Source: an uncultured bacterium | GTDB taxonomy: Bacteria > Muiribacteriota > UBA6191 | NCBI GenBank assembly: GCA_964503595.1 | Contig: CAZDAM010000007.1 | Location: 1-57,100, forward strand | DNA length: 57,100 bases | Direction of reading: 5' to 3' | In this document: positions 48,201-57,043 of the stretch, piece by piece | Layout of the letters: the number at the start of each line of letters is the position of its first letter | How positions within the stretch are numbered: the stretch's first letter is position 1 | Notes under the pieces: generated by a model | Told to the model about the DNA's origin: nothing | Databases searched by the model: none | What the model saw: only the letters and a program-made list of their open reading frames with translations | Translations under genes and position numbers: made by a program

Positions 48201-50383
48201 TTTTCCAGGATTTTGAGGCAGGAAAGAGCTTTCTGGAACTGATTTTTCTCAAGACGGATCCGGGCCATTTCCAAAGTGGCTTCCGAGAAGCCCGGATCTT
48301 CCATGAAGAGATCTTCAAGGAGGCTGTAGGCAGTTTCGACGTGACCGAGTTCCCTGCGGGCTTTTGCCTGAAGCAGGCGAAGCTCAGGTGATTTGACAGG
48401 GGCATTCTCTATCAGTTCCAGAGTTTGTTCCGGGCTGGACTTCAGATAAAAAAGACCCAGTTTTTCCCGTGCGGATGGGGATTCCGGCTGAAGGTCGAGC
48501 ATGCCTTTTAGAAAGCATTCTTCCAGATCCCTGCGATTTGTGGATTCACTCAAGGCTTTCATGGCCTTCAGGTGTTCTTCAGTGGCCTTGAAATCTGCCT
48601 TCAGACCAGCAATGATTTCTTCTGCCCTGGATCCACTTTCAAGCCTCAGAAAGCCCAAAGCTGCATAGGTTTTTCCGAAAACGCCCAGATGGGCCTCAAG
48701 CCGGGGATAGAAATCCTGTATTTTTTCCATAAGACCAAGACGGTAGGCTGCTTTGATGAGAGCATTTCCAATCTGGGATCCAAACTCTTCCAGACGAGGT
48801 TCTCCAAGTCTGAGGACTTCGGCATAGTCTTGAGTTTCCTGGGCGTTCTGAATTAGTTTTAAAACCGTTTTGTGGCAATCCGGTCTGACTTCATGTGCTT
48901 TTTTCAGCCAGGCTCTGGCACCCTTGAACCGAAGCTGGGATACCTCCAGATCAGCTATCAAAGAAAGCACTTCAAAATTGCGGGGCTGGGACTTTATCAG
49001 AGCTTTTAGCTGTTTCTCGGCTTTTTCAATCTGCTCGGACTGCAAAAAGGCACGGGAGGCCAGAAGCTTGATATCAAGCTTTTCGGGCTCAATCATCAGA
49101 AGTTCTTCAGCGAGGCTTGAAGCCAGCAGGGGATCCTGATTCTCCAGAGCTGTCTCAATCTGCTGTTTGAGTCCGCTGGATTCTGATTTTCTTAAGGTGA
49201 GCAGATGATTTTCCGCTAAGGCCCTGATTTTCAGATAGCGGGATTGGATAAGCTGATGAAGAAGGTTACGGTGATTTTCCTGAGGTTTCAGGTATTGCAG
49301 AGCCAGCATTTGATGCAGAGGAAGCTGAGACTCAATCAAAGTATCGGCGTGCCTAAGAAGGAGGGACTTCAATTCTTCATTGAGGTTTTCCGGGAGTTCC
49401 AGGTTCAGAAGATCCCCGTTTTTTTCCATCCAGGCAAAGGCAGCCGTTCCCATACCATCCTGAGGATGAGAAGCCAGAAGTTCCAGAATTTTCTGTCTTA
49501 CCTCTGAAGAGGCATGATCGGAGGAAATTTCCAGCCATTTGTCGGCAGAAATGGGAGTCATGGCAAATTCAGGCATCCACTCGGTCAAGGATAGGATCTC
49601 GCGTACCGGGGCGAGGGAATGCAGAAGGGGAGTCAGGAATTTCAGATTTTCCTGATTCAGAAAAGCCTTAAGGGAAACGAGAAGCTTCTGGCGAATTTCA
49701 GCTGGAAATGCGGGTAAGGATTCTATCAGGACCTGCTGAACCTGAAGATCGGGGCTTTCCTCGGAGAGGGCCGGAAAAATTTTCAGGGTCTTGTCATCCA
49801 GGCTATCGAGTGATGCCAGCAGCTGCTTTAGAGGCTTCAGACCCTCAAAGCGCAAAAGGACTTTCAGGGCAGCCAGGCGGGTTCCTGGCCATGGGGCACC
49901 CAGACGGGCCCGGATCCGGTCCAGAGACGTGACATTTTCCAGAATCTCAAGCAGTTCCAGGGCCAGAATGCTCAGTTCAATTTCATCCTCTTCTGCCATC
50001 AGGATCAGATTGGGATGTTCTTCACGGGGAGGAATGCTCTTCAGGGTTTTCAGAATTCTTTTGCGGCGTACCAGGCCAGGGCGGGAAAGGAGTTCCAGAA
50101 GAAAAGTCGTCGTTCTTGGGCTTCTGATGCGGATCAAGGCATCAAAGACAGCGTCGGTTGCCTGAAAACGACTTTGCATGATCAGCTGATGCAGATTGGT
50201 GATGGACTGCTCGCAGGGGTTTTGTTCCACTTCGAGAAGGTAGCGCTGCACCAGATTTTCGGGTGCCAGACTCAGGCGGCGGACCCAGCGGGCATTTTCC
50301 TCTGCACCAGAAAGGTGCAGGGCAGGGATATCCAGGGGATGTCCGTTCTCATCAAGCATCCGGGCGTGGAGATTGGCATTCAT
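45248..50383 (-). CDS. Giant HEAT-repeat plus tetratricopeptide-repeat protein
   Basis: About 1710 aa, all helical; HEAT-like N-terminus (RLAALKVL, IRALAENHL); many TPR-like units (A..LL..LG.I.L..G....A...L...L...P.N..A). Confidence 0.8.
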   Translation of the reverse strand: MNANLHARMLDENGHPLDIPALHLSGAEENARWVRRLSLAPENLVQRYLLEVEQNPCEQSITNLHQLIMQSRFQATDAVFDALIRIRSPRTTTFLLELLSRPGLVRRKRILKTLKSIPPREEHPNLILMAEEDEIELSILALELLEILENVTSLDRIRARLGAPWPGTRLAALKVLLRFEGLKPLKQLLASLDSLDDKTLKIFPALSEESPDLQVQQVLIESLPAFPAEIRQKLLVSLKAFLNQENLKFLTPLLHSLAPVREILSLTEWMPEFAMTPISADKWLEISSDHASSEVRQKILELLASHPQDGMGTAAFAWMEKNGDLLNLELPENLNEELKSLLLRHADTLIESQLPLHQMLALQYLKPQENHRNLLHQLIQSRYLKIRALAENHLLTLRKSESSGLKQQIETALENQDPLLASSLAEELLMIEPEKLDIKLLASRAFLQSEQIEKAEKQLKALIKSQPRNFEVLSLIADLEVSQLRFKGARAWLKKAHEVRPDCHKTVLKLIQNAQETQDYAEVLRLGEPRLEEFGSQIGNALIKAAYRLGLMEKIQDFYPRLEAHLGVFGKTYAALGFLRLESGSRAEEIIAGLKADFKATEEHLKAMKALSESTNRRDLEECFLKGMLDLQPESPSAREKLGLFYLKSSPEQTLELIENAPVKSPELRLLQAKARRELGHVETAYSLLEDLFMEDPGFSEATLEMARIRLEKNQFQKALSCLKILEKETFSPLGTHFEFMRCYLGLRDQTEALRHLRLALEEKPVDLKAWRCLVEIARKDLLDATMMSYLEKAPQVLADDPSGLTELFRLCRNEDPDLAAIYGSRLLEVTPEDQEQRLRQALLLTEIGRFGEACSHFEKLKDNLEPRFLMVWAKASENACRFPQTLRLLLNLSKNPEYRRILGEKILHLIRRRESFEAIYREFSISDLKDFEDALGEVPLLPYKFAARAFAQNRLEIAEKAFLLTHNISAGFQRSTFFLGLIAVNFQKFAEASQWLEKSLEFQDSKPCQVRALLAGVQWEQGDFRKSRESWQKVLASSPSRRMEALESLYQIETANQTPLEFLHHLKGLPKELVSRPGISLMAARALLSGKRFEAALKWLSQIPRNSVLFLSRTYLQAQALLALKDGQKALECLNALMDSTEAPKDTRKLMAKAWILKNQHQAALKSLMDYQKLEPCDGEIFWIELKIRSALMQTDFLENVIGKLDPKLALDEDWVELQNSLIQMVAQDLGREALMAIRKFLPQIHEKAPKTPGLHFALLALSGLQAEDEEILMLLEDWPKAPEESLLVLRFDGAQKLQVLKLGVKCQPENTNLCESYAELLASSSNETEALQEFSRLLQLKANQALSSKTWQNSFLLASTLAYRHKNLRLSGEFLNEILKEDPAHTAALKRMSFVMGLLGNHKVRHEFDQRLARLNPSQLDVRARLYQDARREKDDQSALMHLKTLCEARPKDIRLLREFAELSSKNGMHLQALKALENLKNLVDEKESREVALRMGHLWLEVRREFKAVECFEEYLKHAPGNHALRFKVASICRQAGHLDRAILMLREILAEDRHNAAVLLELGEIHLEKGEAETASRLLEESLKIKPWNLNALSSCAKAQLDCNRFRDALKTADKILSQSSNHIGAREIRARIFRNEGMTQEALNELARLQQIQPNPERMVEMAVLNLRMNQKQTALRQLRSVMDQKEANPRIKRLVKSLILKAQAA

Positions 50384-50520
50384 GAAAGCTCCGAAAATCA
50401 CATAAAGGGCCGAAAATTTCGCTAATTTGTCTTATATCGTATCGGTACTTTTCGGAACGGGTCTTAGCCTGATCCCATCGCTCTATTGCCGGTTTGGGAT
50501 TTGAGGACGATATTCCGGCA

Positions 50521-51792
50521 ATGAACAGTTCCCTTGAAATGACCGAGCGCCAGGAAATGGGTCTTCTGCTTTGCCTGGCGACCATGCAGTTTGCCCATAT
50601 CGTTGATTTTATGCTCATCATGCCTCTGGGGCCTGTTCTGCAAAAATCCCTGGTCATGAATGCCGCCGAATTTGGAACCCTGGTTTCAAGCTATAACATC
50701 AGTGCTGCCTTGCTGGGACTGGTCATGGCGTTTTTTCTGGATCGCCTGAACCGAAGGCGCTTGATCCTGATTCTTTTTGCCGGATTCATCATTGCCACAG
50801 CTCTTTCCGGCATGGCCTGGTCCTATTCCACCATGCTGGTTTCACGGTTTCTGGTAGGAGCCTGCGGCGGGGTTCTTTCCGCTGCGGTCTATTCCGTGGT
50901 TGCCGATGTCATTCCGGAAATGCGGCGCGGGGCTGCCATGGGTACAATTGTCAGTGCTTTTTCTGTAGCCTCGGTACTTGGGATCCCCTTTTCCCTGTGG
51001 CTTGCCACCAACTATCACTGGCGCATGCCCTTCTTTGTTCTGGCTGGAATCAGTGTTCTGATTTATTTCGGTGTCTATCGGCTGGTGCCGGATCTGGCCC
51101 CTATGGGAGCCCAGAGACTGGGCATCAGGGAACAGATTCAAAGAGTGATCCGGCCTTCGGTGAATCGCTGGTCCCTGAGTGTAACCCTTTTTCTGGTGCT
51201 TTCCGGATTCAGTCTGATCCCTTATATCAGTATGAGCATGGTCTATAACGGAGGTGTGCTTGAAGAGGAGCTTCCCTATATGTACCTGGCAGGAGGGGTC
51301 GCGACTCTGATCACTTCCCGCCTGTTTGGCTGGCTCTCCGATCGCTATGGCCGTCTGCCGGTGTTTCTGATTCTGGCAATCTTTTCTCTGGGCCCTGCCC
51401 TTTGGTTGGCGAACTTCCCGCCTCTTGGAATTGCCTGGGCTTCCCTGGCCGTCGCCCTTTACATGGTTTTTAACTCAGGAAGAATGATTGTGGCCACAGC
51501 CATGGCCACGATTGTGGTTCAGCCCTCTATTCGGGGCAGTTTCATGAGTCTGAATACCTGCGTGCAGCAGATGGCTTCCTCGGCTGGGGCCCTGATTGCA
51601 TCAAGAATTGTTGAGCAGGCACCGACAACCGGGCGGCTTTTGCATATGCCGACTCTGGGCTGGTTTTCAGCCGGGATGACCCTTCTTGGGATTTTCAGCT
51701 TTCTGAAGATGCACTCGCTTCATACTGCTTCAAGAGGCTTCGTACCACCACTGAAGCACAATGAGCCCCAAACAGGGGAGGCATCCAGCTGA
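50521..51792 (+). CDS. Major facilitator superfamily transporter
   Basis: 12 TM pattern; motif A FLDRLNRRR; SRFLVGACGG; second-half GWLSDRYGR. Confidence 0.92.
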   Translation: MNSSLEMTERQEMGLLLCLATMQFAHIVDFMLIMPLGPVLQKSLVMNAAEFGTLVSSYNISAALLGLVMAFFLDRLNRRRLILILFAGFIIATALSGMAWSYSTMLVSRFLVGACGGVLSAAVYSVVADVIPEMRRGAAMGTIVSAFSVASVLGIPFSLWLATNYHWRMPFFVLAGISVLIYFGVYRLVPDLAPMGAQRLGIREQIQRVIRPSVNRWSLSVTLFLVLSGFSLIPYISMSMVYNGGVLEEELPYMYLAGGVATLITSRLFGWLSDRYGRLPVFLILAIFSLGPALWLANFPPLGIAWASLAVALYMVFNSGRMIVATAMATIVVQPSIRGSFMSLNTCVQQMASSAGALIASRIVEQAPTTGRLLHMPTLGWFSAGMTLLGIFSFLKMHSLHTASRGFVPPLKHNEPQTGEASS

Positions 51793-52441
51793 TCGTCCCG
51801 ATGACGGATTTCTTGTTGCGGGAACCATCCGTAATACTCAGAAGGCTCTTGTCCACTTCCTCTGGGGAAAAGACCACCTGAACCCCTTTTCGGATGCCCA
51901 GACGGTTGAGACGTTTTCTCAGAGCTTTGGCCAGGGTGCAGTTATAGGATTTGGAGACATCTGAGCTTTGAATCCTCGATGGATCGAGCTTGCCCCCTGC
52001 CCCCATACTGGAAACAACCGGAAGGCCATTTTCGATTGCGGTCTGAATCAGGGAAACCTTGGGAGCAAGAGTATCAATTGCATCCAGAACATAGTCAAAG
52101 CGGTTCTTCAGAAGAGTCCGCATGGATTCCTCACTCAGGTATTCCTCAATGACATCTACCCGGGCTTTTGGATTGATGTCCAGAATCCGCTTTTTCATGA
52201 TGGTGGCCTTATTCTGGCCGTTGGTGGAATCAAGGGCCACCAGCTGACGGTTCTTGTTGGAAGGTTCCACACGGTCCCCATCGACCAGGGTAAGGCGGGA
52301 GATCCCGGCTCTGGCCAGACATTCCGTGGCGAATCCTCCGACTCCGCCGATTCCTACGACGAGAACATGGGCTTTACTCAGAGCTTCCAGGGCTTCTTTA
52401 CCAATCAGCATTTCTTCGCGAATCAGCCAGTCAAAATTCAT
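51695..52441 (-). CDS. tcdA: tRNA threonylcarbamoyladenosine dehydratase (ThiF/E1-like)
   Basis: VVGIGGVGG, VDGDRVEPSNKNRQ, VLDAID, SSMGAGGKLDP, CTLAKALRKRL, VVFSPE, GTISWMPPLFG. Confidence 0.9.
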   Translation of the reverse strand: MNFDWLIREEMLIGKEALEALSKAHVLVVGIGGVGGFATECLARAGISRLTLVDGDRVEPSNKNRQLVALDSTNGQNKATIMKKRILDINPKARVDVIEEYLSEESMRTLLKNRFDYVLDAIDTLAPKVSLIQTAIENGLPVVSSMGAGGKLDPSRIQSSDVSKSYNCTLAKALRKRLNRLGIRKGVQVVFSPEEVDKSLLSITDGSRNKKSVIGTISWMPPLFGAHCASVVVRSLLKQYEASASSES

Positions 52442-53105
52442 TCCCTATCCTTTGAAAGCAGTTTTGGGCATTCTGCCAGATTTGTGTTTTCAGATCATCT
52501 TCTGAAAGATTCAAAAGCCGGGCCAGAAGCGGGCCGGTTTCCTCAAGGGAAGAAGCGGGGGCTTCATCGGTTTCCAGAAGAATTCTGTCTTTGGGGATTC
52601 TTTGAATGAGGGCCTGAAGTTTTGGGCGCTTGAGCAGAAAATGCCCGATTCCAAAATAGGCTGGATAGGAAAGCCACTGCTTCAGCTCTTCTTCTGAAGA
52701 GGAGTAGGCGTGCAGAAGAAATGGGGTTTTCAACCTGCTTTTCCTGATGGCTGAAAGAAGATCGTTATGGGATCGGACACAGTGAAGAACCAGGGGGAGA
52801 TGAAGTTTTTTCCCCAGCTCCAGTTGGGCTTCAAGGGCTTGAAGCTGTAAGGAATAATCGGTCTGATGACGTCGATCCAGACCACATTCTCCCAAGGCCA
52901 GACACTGGGGGTGCTGAAGGTTTTTTTCCAGAGCCGGCAGACGGTTCTGCCAGTTATTCAGGTTCCAGGGATGGAGTCCCCGGCAGTGAAAATGATCCGG
53001 TGACTCCCCTTCTTCGGTCAGAACCTGAATGCCAAAGCCCTGCTCGGGTGGCTTATGGGTGTGAGCATCAAACCATGAATTACGGGGCAATTCCAAAAGC
53101 ATCAT
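52431..53105 (-). CDS. TatD-family nuclease/hydrolase
   Basis: FDAHTH, LGECGLD, VLHCVR, LLHAYS, LLETD; start placed at ATG 53105. Confidence 0.88.
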   Translation of the reverse strand: MMLLELPRNSWFDAHTHKPPEQGFGIQVLTEEGESPDHFHCRGLHPWNLNNWQNRLPALEKNLQHPQCLALGECGLDRRHQTDYSLQLQALEAQLELGKKLHLPLVLHCVRSHNDLLSAIRKSRLKTPFLLHAYSSSEEELKQWLSYPAYFGIGHFLLKRPKLQALIQRIPKDRILLETDEAPASSLEETGPLLARLLNLSEDDLKTQIWQNAQNCFQRIGNEF

Positions 53106-55335
53106 CCAGGGTGCGATCTTCTGAGGAAGATCCGGTATTTCCCGGAGTATCGCTGAGAGGATCGGATGCTGCAACAGATATGGTCGAACTGGCCGGAGTA
53201 CTGGCTGGAGTGGAGGCTTCGGAATTCAGATCTCTTGGCTCGATTACAAAGCTCAGATCCGATTTCTCATAGCCATCCCGGTCCGGGTTCCAGGTAAAGC
53301 GTCCCCCGTTCTCCCGAAGAACCAGATCGGTATTGTGAACCAGGGCTTTCACCATCCATTTTTCGGGATCGTTTTCGTCTTTCGTCCAGACCGAACCGTT
53401 GGAAAGCACCCGGAAATTGGAGTCTTCCCGATTCTTCAGAAGGCGGCGGGAATCTTCAAAGGCAAAGGTATTGTCCGGGGTGACAAACTGTACATCCAGC
53501 CCACTGGTTTTTTCCAGATGACCGACCATCATCAGGCGGTTTTCCAGTTTGACATCGTAGACTCCCTGCTGTCCGTCTACATCAATGATGTCATAACGGG
53601 AGTGGGCTTCATCATCAAAACGCTCACCAAACTGAGGGTTCTCATTTTTGAAATACCAGTAACGACCGTTCTGGTAGAACTGAACCGAATCCAGCCGATC
53701 CACAAAATACATCCGCTGAGGGCTCTGTTTGGCCACTTCCTTGCGTTTCATCATATCCCTGGCTCTGGCCTCGGCCTTTTCTTCCAGGGCATCTTCACTG
53801 AGGTTCATGGATTGAACATGCGGCATGGACTGCATGAGTTCAGTAAGCTGATCGATCAGAGCTGAATTCTTCCAGTTCTGATACCACTCCATTTTGGTAA
53901 CGGCCTTTACCCCTTCGTAGGCGACATAGCCAACAGCGGCGGCGACCAGGACTGCTGGAAGGGCTGTTCCCAATGCGGCAATGGCCACGGCTCCGGCCAC
54001 GGTTCCGGCGGCCTTGGCTTCCCAGTTGTCGGCAGCGTCTTCGGCCAGATCGAGGAAGGCGAATTTGCGATCCTTGATGTATTCGCTCAAGAGGCCGTTT
54101 GTGGCCTGGGAAGAAGTGCGCTGGGTATCGATTTCGATTTCTTCTTCACCGACTTCGATCTGATCGTGTTTCTGGCCAACAGCTAGCACAATCGCCGACT
54201 CCACCAGAGCTTCGGCCAGGACACCGGCGATTGTGCCCTGAACGGTGTGAGTCGCAAAATGCCCGAGCCCGTGAGCAGTGACTTTAGGGATGCTGGCACT
54301 CTGTCCCAAAGCCTTGAAGCCCTGTTTTCCCGCCGCAACGAGCCCTTTGAAGGTAGCCTGCTGGAATTTCAGGAGGCCCTGGACTCCAGAGCGGGTTGAC
54401 TGAGCCCCACGCACACCCATGCGGGCGATTTCCTGTCCGGTATGACGAAGCTGGTGGGAGGCACTTTCTCCATGAAGGACCATTTCTTCGCCAAAAACGG
54501 TAACGTATTTGATGAAGGCTTTCTTGGCCTTCTTCCCGGCTTTGGAAGGATCTTCCTCAGCCAGAACTTCATGGGCCCGGTTGATGGCCAGAGCGAAATA
54601 GAAGGAAAACTCCTCATCCTCAAAAGACTGGTCTCTAAGATGAGTGTATTTGCCGCGAAAAAAACGCTGGGCCTCGGGCGAATCAGGGTTCTGGAAGATC
54701 CCTTCTTCTTCCCTGGATTCCACAAGGGCAACGAAGGCCAGGAGCTGTTCTTTCGAAGTACCCATACCAAGATGCTTCAGAGCGGCAATCAGACCGACGG
54801 CGGTGTAGTTTTCTTCAGTGATGCCTTCCTGAAAGACCGTACAGCGCTGGGAGACATCTCCATCTTCAGAAAATTCTTCCCAGAAGGTTTCCCGAATCAG
54901 GTAGTGCTCCATGTAAAAGTCAAAGCTTCCTTCGATGCCGCTCTCAAGAAGTGCCTGCTGAAGGTTGCTTTTCTCTGAATCTTCGAATGTGCTGAAAATC
55001 CGGGTGGCTTCTTCAATGAGTTCCTGGGGCGCGCGACCAGCCACAATTCGGGTCAGATTGGCCATGCTGGCCCGATCCTTCATGTAGGCATCCCCGAAGA
55101 TTCTGGCTGCCTGATAGGCCAGGTAGTGCAGGGGAGACTGAAGATCTTTTTCCAGAGTCTCCCGAGTTTCTGAAAGACCTTCCTCCCGAAGCTCTCCGTT
55201 ATCGGCCTGAGAGGCCAGAATCATCTCTTGAGCCTGATCCGGATTGAGATCCGTGTTGGCAAACAAAGGAGCAAAAAGGCTTAGAATATGAAGAATGGCG
55301 ACAAAAAGGATATGCTTTTTTTGGGGTGGAACCAT
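53080..55335 (-). CDS. Secreted hypothetical protein with central Gly/Ala-rich hydrophobic helices
   Basis: Signal-like HILFVAILHILSLFAPLFA; segments GTIAGVLAEALVESAIVLAVG and AGTVAGAVAIAALGTALPAVLVAAAVGYVAY; low-complexity STPASTPASS tail. Confidence 0.7.
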   Translation of the reverse strand: MVPPQKKHILFVAILHILSLFAPLFANTDLNPDQAQEMILASQADNGELREEGLSETRETLEKDLQSPLHYLAYQAARIFGDAYMKDRASMANLTRIVAGRAPQELIEEATRIFSTFEDSEKSNLQQALLESGIEGSFDFYMEHYLIRETFWEEFSEDGDVSQRCTVFQEGITEENYTAVGLIAALKHLGMGTSKEQLLAFVALVESREEEGIFQNPDSPEAQRFFRGKYTHLRDQSFEDEEFSFYFALAINRAHEVLAEEDPSKAGKKAKKAFIKYVTVFGEEMVLHGESASHQLRHTGQEIARMGVRGAQSTRSGVQGLLKFQQATFKGLVAAGKQGFKALGQSASIPKVTAHGLGHFATHTVQGTIAGVLAEALVESAIVLAVGQKHDQIEVGEEEIEIDTQRTSSQATNGLLSEYIKDRKFAFLDLAEDAADNWEAKAAGTVAGAVAIAALGTALPAVLVAAAVGYVAYEGVKAVTKMEWYQNWKNSALIDQLTELMQSMPHVQSMNLSEDALEEKAEARARDMMKRKEVAKQSPQRMYFVDRLDSVQFYQNGRYWYFKNENPQFGERFDDEAHSRYDIIDVDGQQGVYDVKLENRLMMVGHLEKTSGLDVQFVTPDNTFAFEDSRRLLKNREDSNFRVLSNGSVWTKDENDPEKWMVKALVHNTDLVLRENGGRFTWNPDRDGYEKSDLSFVIEPRDLNSEASTPASTPASSTISVAASDPLSDTPGNTGSSSEDRTLDDAFGIAP

Positions 55336-55407
55336 AGATCGCTCTCTTTTCTCTGATCTATTGTACGATCCCAAGCTCTTGATGTTGCAGATTTTTTAGG
55401 AAGCCTT

Positions 55408-55965
55408 ATGTTCAAAATTCATTTTCTTGTCCTGATGTTTTTGATATTTCCTGTGCCGGAAGCTTCTGAATCCAAGAAAGAACTCGTGATGCAGGTGCTC
55501 AGACTGACCATGAACAGGGATGATATTTCATTGCAGAAAAAAGATCTTTCCGATCGGATTATCGGGAATCTCAGGAAAGCAAATTCTCTTGTTCTGAAAG
55601 ATCTTCTGGAATGGGAAAAAGATCCGGATCGGATTCAGAAGCGTGAACAAATTTTTCACCGCCTGGAAGAAAAGTCCTATCAGAAGCTTAAGGCGAAACT
55701 TGAAGAAGAGCTGGATCTGTTCCGGCTTCTTTCGTTGACGGCGGCGAAGCTTTACTATCGGGAGTTTGAAGAGGACGAGCTTGAGGTTCTGATTCAGTTT
55801 TATTCTTCGAAGGCTGGCCGAAAAGCTTTAAGCATTGCCCCCAGGGTGCATGAATCAATAAGCGGGGCTCTAAGCGAAGAGGTGATACCTCTGGCTTCCG
55901 AAATCGCCAAAAAAACCCAGAATGAGCTGATTCATCAGTTCATGGAAGAGGTCTCAGGGCTATAG
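55408..55965 (+). CDS. DUF2059 domain-containing protein
   Basis: Signal peptide; Y...F.EDEL..LIQFYSSKAGRK motif. Confidence 0.78.
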   Translation: MFKIHFLVLMFLIFPVPEASESKKELVMQVLRLTMNRDDISLQKKDLSDRIIGNLRKANSLVLKDLLEWEKDPDRIQKREQIFHRLEEKSYQKLKAKLEEELDLFRLLSLTAAKLYYREFEEDELEVLIQFYSSKAGRKALSIAPRVHESISGALSEEVIPLASEIAKKTQNELIHQFMEEVSGL

Positions 55966-56987
55966 GTCTTCTTGACACAGTAAATGGCATAGGGCTCTGA
56001 AGGGTACGTTCCCTCATGAATCCGGCTGACGGTAAAACATCCTTCAAAAGAGTTTTCCCCGGTTTTACGGAAGGCCAGGCTGTCGGGCCAGGCAATTTTG
56101 GGATCTTTTGCAATGGTTATGGTTCTGGTGCTGTTTGGAATGATGGCGGTAATGGCATTCTGGTTCAGGTGAGTCAGCCACAGATTGCCGTCCGGGGCAA
56201 AACCGATCCCATCTGCCGGGCCCATGCGGGTGATTTTTCCCAGCGATTCATAAAGCTGCATGGGGGGAATCCTTCTTTGCTTCAGAGTACGTGTCTCTAC
56301 CGCGAAAAGGGTGGAAGCCGTCAGGGACTGAAAGAAGATCCGTGAATCGTCGGGGGCAATTGCAATACCGTCGGTATGGACATGGCGGATGCTTCCGTCG
56401 GGCTGGATGAAGGCTTTTCCACCAATCTCGATTCGGCTGCCATCGGATCCCAGATTGCGATCCTGATCAAAATGACGATGGGAAAACCCGGTTTTCAGAT
56501 GAAGGACTACAATTCCTGTTCGTCCGGAGTCCGTGATATAGGCATAGCGGGACTCAGAATCAATTCTGAGATCGTTGAAGTAGCTTTCCTCAAACCAGGT
56601 TCCCTGGGGAAAGCGGTATTCGCGCAGGGTTTTTCCGGTTTCAACATCCAGGGCGTAGAGGCGGGGGCCATCTTCAAGAGTACCTTCAAAGCGAGGGTTT
56701 CGGGAATCCAGGGCATAGAGGATCCCTTTGTGGAAAAAGAGGGCCTGAAGGCATTCAAAAGGCTGGTCTTTGCTGGGCCAGGGGTGGGTCTCCCCTTTCT
56801 GATCCACCTCTCCCAGAGCATAGCGATAAGGGCCAAACCATTTGGGAAAACTGACAAACATCCGGCCGGACGGACTCAGGGCAATGCCGGTCCATTGGTA
56901 TTTGGAGCTTGCTCTGATTTTGAATTCCTCAGAGGAAACGGGGGAAAAAAGCAGGAAGTGCAGAGCAAGGAAAAGAAAAAATTTCAT
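55935..56987 (-). CDS. Major royal jelly protein/Yellow-family beta-propeller (L-dopachrome tautomerase-related)
   Basis: Signal peptide; TGIALSPSGRMFVSFP, YFNDLRID...AYITDSG, DGIAIAPD, ADGIGF, WPDSLAF. Confidence 0.85.
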   Translation of the reverse strand: MKFFLFLALHFLLFSPVSSEEFKIRASSKYQWTGIALSPSGRMFVSFPKWFGPYRYALGEVDQKGETHPWPSKDQPFECLQALFFHKGILYALDSRNPRFEGTLEDGPRLYALDVETGKTLREYRFPQGTWFEESYFNDLRIDSESRYAYITDSGRTGIVVLHLKTGFSHRHFDQDRNLGSDGSRIEIGGKAFIQPDGSIRHVHTDGIAIAPDDSRIFFQSLTASTLFAVETRTLKQRRIPPMQLYESLGKITRMGPADGIGFAPDGNLWLTHLNQNAITAIIPNSTRTITIAKDPKIAWPDSLAFRKTGENSFEGCFTVSRIHEGTYPSEPYAIYCVKKTYSPETSSMN

Positions 56988-57014
56988 AAAACACAACATT
57001 TTTCAAAAAACCAT

Positions 57015-57043
57015 TTGACAAGAATTTATTTTTGTGACAATAT
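57015..57043 (+). promoter_or_regulatory. Possible sigma70-type promoter for a transcript leaving the window
   Basis: Perfect TTGACA at 57015-57020 in an AT-rich tract; weak -10 candidates (GACAAT or CAATAT) 15-17 bp downstream. Confidence 0.35.

Noticed and set aside
53187-53216. Imperfect 12-bp tandem repeat CTGGCCGGAGTA / CTGGCTGGAGTG
   Set aside because: It simply encodes the STPASTPA low-complexity linker; in frame and too short to suggest phase variation.
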